NCBI GenBank assembly: GCA_038060895.1
Contig: JBBTCT010000001.1
Span: 288,001-352,000, forward strand
Direction of reading: 5' to 3'
DNA length: 64,000 bases
Source of the DNA: Planctomycetota bacterium
GTDB lineage: Bacteria; Planctomycetota; MHYJ01; WSZJ01
Shown: positions 55,538 to 64,000 of the stretch, piece by piece
Numbering within the stretch: the first letter of the stretch is position 1
How the letters are laid out: each line of letters opens with the position of its first letter
Made by a program: the position numbers and the translations under genes
The notes under the pieces: generated by a model
Seen by the model: the letters and a program-made list of their open reading frames with translations, nothing else
What the model was told of the DNA's origin: nothing
Databases searched by the model: none

Positions 55538-58500
55538 ATGCCCGGCACCGACCTTCGCGAGCGCCGAACCGTCAGCGTCCTGTTCTCCGACCTGACTGGA
55601 TTCACACGGCTTTCAGAGGGCCTCGACCCCGAAGAAGTCTCGGACATCGTCGACGCACTCTTCAGGCGCTTCCGGACCGTCATCGAGCGCGAGGGTGGGA
55701 CGGTTGACAAATTCATCGGCGACGCTGTGATGGCGGTTTTCGGCGCACCGGCGGCGCACGAAGACGACGCCGCGCGCGCCGTTCGTGCGGGACTCGCGAT
55801 GCAGAAGGATCTCCTGGCATTCAACGGGGAGCGCGGGCTGTCGCTTGCGATGCGCGTCGGGGTCAACACAGGCGAGGTTCTCTGGGGAACGGTCGGCGGC
55901 GGCGCCCCTACCGCGATGGGCGACCCGGTCAACGTCGCTCAGCGGCTCGAGTCGGCCGCTCTCCCGGGCACGGTCCTCATCGGCACCGAAACCGAGTCCG
56001 CGGTCCGCCGGCGTTTCCGTTGCACCGCCCGGGATCCGGTCACGGTCAAGGGTCGGGAGGCGAAGGTCGCGGCATTCGAGGTGGAGGAGGAGCTGGCCTC
56101 GATGACGGAAGTCCGTCCGGCGCGGGAAGCGCCGATGGTCGGCCGTTCGGAGGAACTTGCCGCGCTCGTCGCGCTGCTCGAGTCGGGTGGTCCCGGATTC
56201 GTGGTCATCGAAGGCGAAGCGGGAACCGGCAAGAGCCGCCTCCTCGCCGAGTTCCGCCGGTCGGCGCGGGACCGCCGGTTTCGGGTCGAATTCGGGCGTT
56301 CGCCGGATGGCGCGCGAATGCCGCTGGCGCCCTTCGCAGACATGCTGCGCGCCACGGCCGGCTCGACCGACGCAACGGCCGTTGTCGCCGCCACGCAGGA
56401 AGCGCTGGCTTCGCTCCCGCCCGTGGATGCCGAGAACACCGCACACCTTCTGGCTCTTTCGGCGGGCTGGACCATTCCCGGCGCGCGAGTTCTACAGCTC
56501 GACCCGGAGCGGCGCGCCGCCGAGACCGCGGCCGCCTGGGCGCGCTGGATCCGGGCTCGCTCACCCGTCCTCGTCTGCGTTGAGGATCTACACTGGGCCG
56601 ACGATGCCACGCGCGCCCTTCTGACCGCTCTGCCGTCGCTGCTCGCCGGCGCCCGCGTCGTCGTCGCAACCTCTACCCGCCCGGGCTCTCCCCCGATCGC
56701 CGGATTCGGGTCGATCCGGCTCCTCGCCCTCTCCTCCGACGACGTTCGAGCGATTGCCCAGGACGTTCTCGGCGTCCCACCCGATGACGGCCTCGCGCGT
56801 TTCATCACCGACTACGCCGGCGGAAACCCGTACTGCGGCGCCGAGGTCGCACGCCACCTGCTTGACAGCCGGCTCATCGAAGGCTCCCCCGCTCACCTGC
56901 ACGGCTCCGTGGCCGGCCTCCCCGCCACACTTCACGGCATCCTCACCGCACGGCTCGACGCGCTTCCAGCCCCCTCCAAGGAAGCCCTGAAGGCCGCCAG
57001 CGTCCTGGGGCGCACGTTCTGGCGAGGCTTGCTCGGCGAGATTCTGGGCGCTTCTGCGAATGAGGCGCTGGAAGAGCCGAAACGTCGCGGCCTCGTCTTT
57101 GCTCGCGCGGGCGCACTCCTCCCGGGAGACGACGCAATGATGTTCCAGCACGCTCTGCTCCGCGACGCGGCGTACGCCCTGCTCCCGAGAAAGGAGCGCC
57201 AGCGTCTTCACGCGCGGGCCGCGGACCAGCTCGAGAAGCGCGCGGGTCACGCCGACCGCCGCCTGCGCGCGCTGGCGGCGGAGCACCGGAAGGATGCCGG
57301 TGAGTCGGATGCGGCGGGGAAACTCTGGCTTGGCGCGGCGCGCGAGGCAATGGACAACGCGGTCGAGGAGGCGCTTGCGTGGGCGCTCGAATCGCGAAGG
57401 GCGAAGCCTGGCGCGGATGCAGCTCTCCTTGCCGCGACCGCCGCCTTCCGCCTTGCGCGTTACACGGAAGCGGATGCGTACGCGAAAGAGGCGCTGTCCG
57501 ATCCGGGAGCTTCGCCGGACGCGCGGCAGAGGGCGCACGTACGACTGGCGGAAACGAACGCGACGACGGGAAAACAGGTTGAGGCTCTGGCAAACCTCGA
57601 CGCGCTGGCCGGACTCGAGGCGACACCCGGCATTGAACTCGCCGCAGAAAGCGTCCGCGTCCTCGCGCTGGCCTCGCTCGGCCGGGCACAGGAGGCACTC
57701 TCAACGCTCGAACGGCTCGAAACACGCCACCCGGCCACCGCGCCTCTTCTGCGCACCCGCTCTTCCCTCCTGCGCCGCCTCGGCCGGCTCGTCGATTCGG
57801 AGCGGGCGGCGGAACAGGCGATCCTGCTTTCGGAAAAGACGGGAGACCGGAACTCAGAAGCGCTCTCGCTCACGGAGCTCGCCGGCGCGCTGGCCGCCCG
57901 CGGACTTCAGGAACAGTCCGTCGCGCTCAATCGCCGGGCACAGGAATTGTGGAGGGAAATCGGCAACCGCCGGGGACACATCATCTCGCTTCACAATATC
58001 GGAACCGCCCTTCGTCACCTTGGGAAGTACGAGCAGGCGGCATCGCAACTCGCCGAAGCGCTGGAGCTCGCACGGGAATCAGGGGACTCTCACGCGATCG
58101 CCACGGTGCTCGGATCCGCTTCCATGGTGGCCTCCGCCCAGGGCCTGTTCCCCGGTGCGCTCGCCTTCGCCCGCGAAGCCGTCGCGATCCGGCGCACCAG
58201 CGGGGAGAAATCCGCCCTGGCCATTGCCCTGAATAATCTCGCAGTGGCCCACGACTGGCTCGGCGAGTGGGACAAGGCAGAGGCGGCTTACCGCGAATCG
58301 CTCGCGCTGCGGCGCGAAACCGGCAGCCGGAACGGCGAAGCGCGCTGCCTGAACAACATCGGCCTCATCGAAATCTGCATGGGGCGCTTCGCCGAAGCGG
58401 GGACAAATCTCTCCGAGGCGCTGTCGATCGCACAGGAGACCTCGGACCTCGACACGGAAGCCTGCGTGAGAGTCAACGACGCCAAGCTCCAGCGATCCCT

Positions 58501-59701
58501 GGGGAACCTGGACTCGTCGCTCGCGAACGCTTCGCTCGCCCTCGAGACCTTCCGGTCGCTGAAGAATCCGGAAGCCGTTGCCGAGGCCCTTAACGAGCTG
58601 GCGCGGACGCGAATGCTGAGGGGCGAGTGGGCGGGCGCGCGGGAAGCAGCTGAAGAAGCGCTTTCCACGAACCGGGGCATCGCAAGCCGACAGGGGATCG
58701 CAGCAAGCCTTGCCGTGCTCGGCACCGTCGAGCATGCGGCCGGACAGGTGCTGAAAGCAGAAGGGCTCCTCGAGGAATCCGTCGCGCTGGCACGAGCCGT
58801 GGGAGACCGGCACACGCTCGCCACGGCCCAGAAGCGACTCGCGAGTCTGCATGCCACTTCGGGACGGATCCTCGAAGCCGAGTCGCTCCTGGCCGACACG
58901 CTAGAGATCGAACGGTCTCTCGGCGCCCTCCCCGGGATCGCGGGAACGCTCGACGTGCTTGGGCAGGTCCGCGGCGTGCTCGGGAATCTCCACGAGGCCG
59001 ACGCGAGCCTGCGCGAGTCCGCAGAAATCCGCCGGCGGATCGGAGATCGCGCCGGGCTCGCCGCCAGCCTCCAGGCGGAGGGCGGCACCCTCGCCAGGCT
59101 CGGGGAATTCGGAAAGGCCGGCGCGGTCCTGGAAGAAGCGCTGGCGCTCAACCGCGAGTTGCGGAACCCGCGCGGAGAGGGGATTTCCCTCGCCGAACTC
59201 GGGAATCTGCGCCTCGAGGAGAAGCGCGACCGGGAGGCGATCCCGATGCTGAGGGAGTCCCTCGCCCTGGTCCGAATCCACGGCGATGCTTCGATCATCG
59301 CGCACGTCCTGACCAGCCTCTCCTCGGCACTCAAGGCTACGGGCGACGCCGGGGGCGCCGCGAATCTCCTCGCGGAGGCCGTCGAACTCTCCCGGCGTGC
59401 CGGGGACCGGAACGTTCTCGCTCGCACGCTCCTCAACATCGCCATCGGGCTCGGCGAGTCGGGCAGGCATGCGGATGCTCTCGCCCCGGCGCACGAGGCG
59501 CTCGAGCATTTCCGCCAGCTCGGAAACGCTCGCGGTGCCGCCGCCGCGCACCTCCGCATCGGCCGCTTCCAGGCCGCGCTGGGCCGCCACGCCGAAGCCC
59601 GCGCGGCGCTCGAGGAAGCGGCCACGGGCTTCGCCGCTCTCCTTCTCGATCGCGAGGCGGCCGAAGCAAGGCGCGCCATCGAATTGCTTCCGCGCGCTTG
59701 A
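55538..59701 (+). CDS. Class III adenylate/guanylate cyclase + STAND-type ATPase + TPR protein
   Basis: FSDLTGFT, DKFIGDAV, GDPVNVAQRLE, GEAGTGKS, EDLHWAD, GGNP; long TPR array. Confidence 0.9.
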   Translation: MPGTDLRERRTVSVLFSDLTGFTRLSEGLDPEEVSDIVDALFRRFRTVIEREGGTVDKFIGDAVMAVFGAPAAHEDDAARAVRAGLAMQKDLLAFNGERGLSLAMRVGVNTGEVLWGTVGGGAPTAMGDPVNVAQRLESAALPGTVLIGTETESAVRRRFRCTARDPVTVKGREAKVAAFEVEEELASMTEVRPAREAPMVGRSEELAALVALLESGGPGFVVIEGEAGTGKSRLLAEFRRSARDRRFRVEFGRSPDGARMPLAPFADMLRATAGSTDATAVVAATQEALASLPPVDAENTAHLLALSAGWTIPGARVLQLDPERRAAETAAAWARWIRARSPVLVCVEDLHWADDATRALLTALPSLLAGARVVVATSTRPGSPPIAGFGSIRLLALSSDDVRAIAQDVLGVPPDDGLARFITDYAGGNPYCGAEVARHLLDSRLIEGSPAHLHGSVAGLPATLHGILTARLDALPAPSKEALKAASVLGRTFWRGLLGEILGASANEALEEPKRRGLVFARAGALLPGDDAMMFQHALLRDAAYALLPRKERQRLHARAADQLEKRAGHADRRLRALAAEHRKDAGESDAAGKLWLGAAREAMDNAVEEALAWALESRRAKPGADAALLAATAAFRLARYTEADAYAKEALSDPGASPDARQRAHVRLAETNATTGKQVEALANLDALAGLEATPGIELAAESVRVLALASLGRAQEALSTLERLETRHPATAPLLRTRSSLLRRLGRLVDSERAAEQAILLSEKTGDRNSEALSLTELAGALAARGLQEQSVALNRRAQELWREIGNRRGHIISLHNIGTALRHLGKYEQAASQLAEALELARESGDSHAIATVLGSASMVASAQGLFPGALAFAREAVAIRRTSGEKSALAIALNNLAVAHDWLGEWDKAEAAYRESLALRRETGSRNGEARCLNNIGLIEICMGRFAEAGTNLSEALSIAQETSDLDTEACVRVNDAKLQRSLGNLDSSLANASLALETFRSLKNPEAVAEALNELARTRMLRGEWAGAREAAEEALSTNRGIASRQGIAASLAVLGTVEHAAGQVLKAEGLLEESVALARAVGDRHTLATAQKRLASLHATSGRILEAESLLADTLEIERSLGALPGIAGTLDVLGQVRGVLGNLHEADASLRESAEIRRRIGDRAGLAASLQAEGGTLARLGEFGKAGAVLEEALALNRELRNPRGEGISLAELGNLRLEEKRDREAIPMLRESLALVRIHGDASIIAHVLTSLSSALKATGDAGGAANLLAEAVELSRRAGDRNVLARTLLNIAIGLGESGRHADALAPAHEALEHFRQLGNARGAAAAHLRIGRFQAALGRHAEARAALEEAATGFAALLLDREAAEARRAIELLPRA

Positions 59702-59705
59702 TCGC

Positions 59706-60293
59706 ATGAAGCTGACACCAGAGCTCGTGCTTCACGCTTATCGCCAGGGGATCTTCCCAATGGCGAAGTCGCGAGAAGGCCCGCTGGTCTGGCTTTCACC
59801 GGACCCGCGCGCGGTCATCCCGCTGGATCGCTTCCATTGTCCCCGTCGCCTCGCCCAGACGGTGAAATCGGGCCGGTTTCGTGTCACGACGGACCTCGCG
59901 TTCGAGAAGGTCATCGACGGTTGTGCGCGGCCGGACACCTGGATCAGCGCGGAAGTGCGGGAGGCCTATATCGGGCTTTACCGGCAGGGCCATGCGCATT
60001 CGATCGAGTGCTGGAAAGGCGACCGGCTCGCCGGCGGGCTCTACGGGGTCCACATCGGCGGGGCGTTCATGGCGGAGTCGAAGTTTCACCGGGACCGCGA
60101 CGCGAGCAAGGTCGCGCTCGTCGCGATGGTCGCCCGCCTGAAGAAAATCGGCGTGACGCTGTGCGACGTTCAGTTCCTGACCCCGCACCTCGAGCAGTTC
60201 GGGACGGTTGAAATCCCCCGCCAGGAATACCTCCTGCTCCTGTCGGCTGCGGTCCGGCGGCCAATTCCGTGGGGGTCTCCCGGACCGGCGTAG
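59706..60293 (+). CDS. aat: Leucyl/phenylalanyl-tRNA--protein transferase
   Basis: AYRQGIFPM, SPDPRAVI, TWI, AHSIECW, GGLYG, DASKVA, DVQF.TPHL. Confidence 0.92.
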   Translation: MKLTPELVLHAYRQGIFPMAKSREGPLVWLSPDPRAVIPLDRFHCPRRLAQTVKSGRFRVTTDLAFEKVIDGCARPDTWISAEVREAYIGLYRQGHAHSIECWKGDRLAGGLYGVHIGGAFMAESKFHRDRDASKVALVAMVARLKKIGVTLCDVQFLTPHLEQFGTVEIPRQEYLLLLSAAVRRPIPWGSPGPA

Positions 60294-60298
60294 CCTTC

Positions 60299-60352
60299 AC
60301 TTTTCGTTTTTTGTTCTTAGTTTTTCGTTTTTCGTTTCTTCTGTGTCCTTCC
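60299..60352. repeat. Half-element F (GTTTTTC heptamers) of the intergenic family
   Basis: 28-nt identity to member E's right arm; ends GTCCTTCC. Confidence 0.8.
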
Positions 60353-60353
60353 C

Positions 60354-60800
60354 ATGCCTGATCCCTACCATTTCTCCACCGATATCCGCGTCCGCCTCCC
60401 GGAAACCGACGCCATGGGGATCGTCTTCCACGGCGCCTTTTTCACTTACCTCGAAGTCGGCCGGACGGACTACCTGCGCAACCTCGGCCTGGCCGGTTCG
60501 CACGTGCAGCCGATCAAGGACTTCGCCAACCTGGTCGCGCGGGCCTGCTGCGACTTCCGCTCCTCGGCGCGCTTTGACGACCCGCTGGTCATTCACGTCC
60601 GCATCGCCGAAATCCGGCGGACGAGCTTCAGGTTTGAATTCCGGATCGTGCACAAGCAGGAAGCGCGGCTCGTTGCCGAGGGGCACACGGTGCACGTCGC
60701 GATCGACCCGGCGTCCTCGAAGGCGATCCCCGTGCCCGAGGCCTTCCGCGCACAGGTGCGGAAATTCGAGGGCACCGCCCTCTCGGAGCCAAAATCGTGA
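60354..60800 (+). CDS. YbgC/FadM-family acyl-CoA thioesterase
   Basis: VRLPETDAMGIVFHG.F..YLE.GR. Confidence 0.88.
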   Translation: MPDPYHFSTDIRVRLPETDAMGIVFHGAFFTYLEVGRTDYLRNLGLAGSHVQPIKDFANLVARACCDFRSSARFDDPLVIHVRIAEIRRTSFRFEFRIVHKQEARLVAEGHTVHVAIDPASSKAIPVPEAFRAQVRKFEGTALSEPKS

Positions 60801-61669
60801 ACGAACTCTTCCAGGACATCGTTGTCCCCTATGACGGATCCGAGCTCTCCGAGTCGGCCGCGCCGTTTGCTGCAGAAGTGGCGCGCCGCTCGAGCGGCCG
60901 GATCACGCTGGTCAGGGCTCTTCCCGAGCCCGCAATGGTCACGGACATCCCGCGCTCGGTGCTGGGCCAGGTGACGGCGGCCGCGCGGAAAGAACTGGCC
61001 GCCGCGGCGGCGCGCGTGACGGACGTGCCGGTGAAGACCCTGCTGAAGGAAGGGCTGCCCGCGGATGTCATCCTGCGCGAGGCGCGGAGCCGGGACCTGA
61101 TCGTGATGACGACGCACGGCCGGAGCGGACTGAGCCGGCTCGTTCTCGGCAGCGTGACCGAGAAGGTGATCCGACTGTCCCCGGTCCCTGTTCTCGTCGT
61201 GCGGCCGCGGCGCGGGACGCTCAAAGCCTCGACGGCTGCGGCGGGACGGATGTTCCACGACATCGTCGTGCCCCTCGACGGCTCGGATCTCGCCCGGGAA
61301 GCAGTCGCGCCGCTCGCGACAGGACTTGCCCACGACACGCGCCTGCACCTCCTCACCGTCATCCGCACGGGAGCCACGGAGGACCAGGCGAACGCCGCCG
61401 CCGACTGGCTCGCCGCCCGCGCCGCCGCCCTCGAGGCCCGCGGCCTGGTCGCCGTCACCCGGCTGGTCAACAACGACTCCCCCGCCGAGGGGATCGCCGC
61501 GTACGCCGAGCACAACGACTGCGGCCTCATCGTCATGAGCACCCACGGGGCCGGCGGATTGCGGGAGTGGATGCTGGGAAGCGTTACGGACCAGATGATC
61601 CGCCGGGGGCCGGTGCCGGTGCTGGTCGTGCCGTCGCCGGGTAGGGCGAAGAAAATCTCGAAGAAGTGA
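60797..61669 (+). CDS. Tandem-domain universal stress protein
   Basis: Two IVVPxDGS...IVMxTHG...LGSVT...PVPVLVV units. Confidence 0.92.
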   Translation: MNELFQDIVVPYDGSELSESAAPFAAEVARRSSGRITLVRALPEPAMVTDIPRSVLGQVTAAARKELAAAAARVTDVPVKTLLKEGLPADVILREARSRDLIVMTTHGRSGLSRLVLGSVTEKVIRLSPVPVLVVRPRRGTLKASTAAAGRMFHDIVVPLDGSDLAREAVAPLATGLAHDTRLHLLTVIRTGATEDQANAAADWLAARAAALEARGLVAVTRLVNNDSPAEGIAAYAEHNDCGLIVMSTHGAGGLREWMLGSVTDQMIRRGPVPVLVVPSPGRAKKISKK

Positions 61670-61702
61670 AAACGGCGACTTCGTTTCGTTGTTGCCGCTT
61701 TC
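61668..61702. terminator. Mini hairpin element G between convergent genes (possible terminator)
   Basis: GAAAACGGCGAC...GTTGCCGCTTTC; combines the ends of members B and E. Confidence 0.55.
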
Positions 61703-61704
61703 GC

Positions 61705-62631
61705 CTACTTCTCCCCGCCCGGTGTGATCACCTCCATTTCGTCCGGCTCTTCATCGACTTTCCACTGGCCGCCTTCCCGGATGAGCCACAGGCTCCATGT
61801 GAACTTGCCATCCGGGGTGGCCGCCATCACGCGAAGCCGGTCGCCCGGGGCGCCTGCCTTCGCCGGCCCGAGCGACTTGAAGCGCGCCACCGTTTCCGGA
61901 TCCTTCATCCGCGACTTCAGGACCAGCGTCGTCAGTTCTTCAGGGCCCGCGGCCCGGATCTCTGCAGGCGTCGTTCCCAGCTGCCTCGAAAGATCGTCGA
62001 GCTGCGCGTCAGAATTCCGCTTCATCTCCCCCAGCGCTGCTTCAGAGAGCTTTCGCTGCCTTTCCGACAGAAGTGCCCACTGCGTTTTCCCGTCGGCCGC
62101 CAGGTAGGCCGCGACGAATCTCCGGTAGACCTCGGCAGGAGATTCTTCCCCGTGCTCCTCGTCAACCCTCCAGCGCCCCGCCTCTTCGACCAGCCACAGC
62201 GTCCAGGTAAATGCGTCGTCGGGAGTCGACGCCATCACGCGCACGCGCTTGTCCTGGATGAATACCCGCGGCGGCCCCAGCGATCTGTAGCGCGCGAGGG
62301 CGGCCAGGTCCTTCATTCGCGACTTCAGGACAATGGTGGTGTACTGCGCCAGGCCCGCGGCGCGGATTGCCGCCGTGGACGAGTCGAGCTTCTTCGCGAG
62401 CCCGCTGATGCCTGAATCGGGTTGGCGCTTGATTTCCGCGAGCGCCGATTCCCACTCATTGCGCAGCCGCTCCGACAGGAGCGCGCACTGGGCCTCGCCG
62501 TCCGTCGCCAGGCAGGCCGTGACGTACTTGCGGTAGATCTCTTCCGGCGGATCCGCACCCGGTCGTGACGGCGCCTTCCCGCACCCCGCGCACAGGAGGG
62601 CCATGACCGCCAACCGTCCAAGCTTCCCCAC
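61705..62631 (-). CDS. Lipoprotein with two tandem ~135-aa NTF2-like repeats
   Basis: GGAGGAG RBS before GTG 62631; CAGC lipobox; duplicated ALLSER, IRAAG, VLKSRMKD, WxVDEE. Confidence 0.75.
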   Translation of the reverse strand: MGKLGRLAVMALLCAGCGKAPSRPGADPPEEIYRKYVTACLATDGEAQCALLSERLRNEWESALAEIKRQPDSGISGLAKKLDSSTAAIRAAGLAQYTTIVLKSRMKDLAALARYRSLGPPRVFIQDKRVRVMASTPDDAFTWTLWLVEEAGRWRVDEEHGEESPAEVYRRFVAAYLAADGKTQWALLSERQRKLSEAALGEMKRNSDAQLDDLSRQLGTTPAEIRAAGPEELTTLVLKSRMKDPETVARFKSLGPAKAGAPGDRLRVMAATPDGKFTWSLWLIREGGQWKVDEEPDEMEVITPGGEK

Positions 62632-62649
62632 GATCGGCTCCTCCCCCGG

Positions 62650-62691
62650 GAAACAGAACGGGACGGGCACCCGCCAACGGTGTCCGTCCCG
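62650..62691 (-). terminator. Rho-independent terminator-like hairpin downstream of clpC
   Basis: 13-bp stem 62659-62671/62679-62691 with one mismatch, followed by TTCTGTTTC on the minus strand. Confidence 0.55.
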
Positions 62692-62741
62692 AATTCTATG
62701 ACGTTTCGTCCTACCCCCCTACTTCCTACCCACTGTCCTTC

Positions 62742-64000
62742 CTAAGTCGTCCCCACCGCCGCCGGCTCCTTCTGCCCGCCTTCCTTCTTCGGCGTCGTCG
62801 CATCGAAGAAGAGGTGCCCGTCCTTCGCCGACACCTTCACGTTGGATCCCTCGGGGATTTCGCCGCGGAGGATCTGCTCCGACAGCTGGTCCTCGACCAT
62901 GTGCTCGATCGCGCGGCGCAGAGGCCTCGCCCCGAAGTCGGGGTTGTAGCCCTTGTCGATCAGCAGCTCCTTCGCTTCCTGCGTGACCTCCAGCGAAATA
63001 TTGCGGTCGACCAGGCGCTTGCGCACCCCGGTCAGCTCGTAGTCCACCACGATCTTCAGGTCGTCGCGCGTCAGGCTGCGGAACATGATCGTGTCGTCGA
63101 GGCGGTTGAGGAATTCGGGGCGGAAGTGCTTCTCGATCTCGCCGAGAATCGTCCGCTTCATGCCCTCGTAGTTGGCGTCGGAGTTCGCCTTCTTGAACCC
63201 GAGCGTCGTCTGGTTCTTGAGCAGGTCGGCGCCGATGTTCGAAGTCATGATGAGGATGACGTTCTTGAAGTCGATGTGCCGGCCGAACGAGTCGGTCAGG
63301 CGGCCTTCCTCCATGATCTGGAGGAGCATGTTGTAGACGTCGCCGTGCGCCTTCTCGATTTCGTCGAGCAGGACGACCGCGTACGGGCGGCGGCGGATCT
63401 TCTCGGTGAGCTGGCCGCCCTCTTCGAAGCCGACGTAGCCGGGAGGGGCGCCGACGAGCCTGGAGACGTTGTGCTTCTCCATGTACTCGGACATGTCGAT
63501 CTGGATCAGCGAGTCCTCCTCGCCGAACATGAACTTCGCGAGGGCCTTCGCCATGAGCGTTTTTCCGACGCCCGTCGGGCCGACGAAGATGAACGAGCCG
63601 ATCGGCCGCTTCGGGTCCTTGAGCCCCGCACGGCTCCTGCGGATCGCCTTCGCGATCGCCTTGACCGCCTCTTCCTGGCTGACGACCGTCTTGTGCAGTT
63701 CGTCCTCCATCTTGAGGAGCCGCTCGGCTTCCTTCTTCTCGAGGCGCGACAGCGGGATGCCGGTCATCTTGCTGACCGTCTCCGCGATCACGTCCTCGTC
63801 GACGAGGCCTTCGCCTTCCTTGGCGCCTTCGCGCCATTCCTTCTGGATCGTTTCCTTCTTCTTCCGGAGCTGGGCCGCGGAATCACGCAGCAACGCCGCG
63901 CGCTCGTAATCCTGGGCGGCGATGGACTCGTCCTTCTCCTTGTCGAGCTTGGAGATCTCCTTGTCCACGTCCTTCAGGTCCGGCGGCTTCGACATCGTCT
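62742..64000 (-). CDS. clpC: ATP-dependent Clp protease ATP-binding subunit, C-terminal part (5' end outside the window)
   Basis: UVR-like QDYERAALLRD, GPTGVGKT, IDMSEYMEKH.VSRLVGAPPGYVG, GARPLRR. Confidence 0.92.
   Translation of the reverse strand, partial: TMSKPPDLKDVDKEISKLDKEKDESIAAQDYERAALLRDSAAQLRKKKETIQKEWREGAKEGEGLVDEDVIAETVSKMTGIPLSRLEKKEAERLLKMEDELHKTVVSQEEAVKAIAKAIRRSRAGLKDPKRPIGSFIFVGPTGVGKTLMAKALAKFMFGEEDSLIQIDMSEYMEKHNVSRLVGAPPGYVGFEEGGQLTEKIRRRPYAVVLLDEIEKAHGDVYNMLLQIMEEGRLTDSFGRHIDFKNVILIMTSNIGADLLKNQTTLGFKKANSDANYEGMKRTILGEIEKHFRPEFLNRLDDTIMFRSLTRDDLKIVVDYELTGVRKRLVDRNISLEVTQEAKELLIDKGYNPDFGARPLRRAIEHMVEDQLSEQILRGEIPEGSNVKVSAKDGHLFFDATTPKKEGGQKEPAAVGTT

Noticed and set aside
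59706-64000. aat near clpC as an N-degron operon
   Set aside because: Opposite strands, separated by unrelated genes, and no clpS visible in the window.

Overview
A GC-rich, densely coding 64-kb chromosomal window with about 55 CDSs and no rRNA, tRNA, CRISPR array, prophage or transposase that I can see. The gene content suggests a Planctomycetota/PVC bacterium (inference from Hanks kinases, a kinase-associated ECF sigma factor, fused CcsBA, and HEAT/TPR secreted proteins). Housekeeping and metabolic genes include ubiE/menG-like, iorAB-like, pyrF, pfkA, hemW, mlaEF, ccsBA, metF, pgeF, aat and a partial clpC. Signals the ORF track misses: (1) a probable selenoprotein, a lipoprotein with a LolA-like domain fused to a TlpA redoxin, whose in-frame TGA gives UxxC and is followed by a SECIS-like hairpin (48093-49310); (2) a recurrent 17-bp palindrome TTGACGC-N3-GCGTCAA, four of five copies inside CDSs and written with rare codons, a candidate chromosome-organising protein site; (3) about 12 intergenic elements built from different 6-7-mer tandem units, mostly capped by (G)AACGGC or GAAGGAC-like ends, many palindromic; (4) a secreted LanC-like (CCG-type) protein fused to a C25-like domain; (5) an AbrB-Doc toxin-antitoxin pair translationally coupled to an ECF sigma gene, divergent from a kinase; (6) a frequent leaderless-type promoter layout (TAnnnT 6-8 nt before the start codon). 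All family assignments come from motif recognition by eye, not from database searches.
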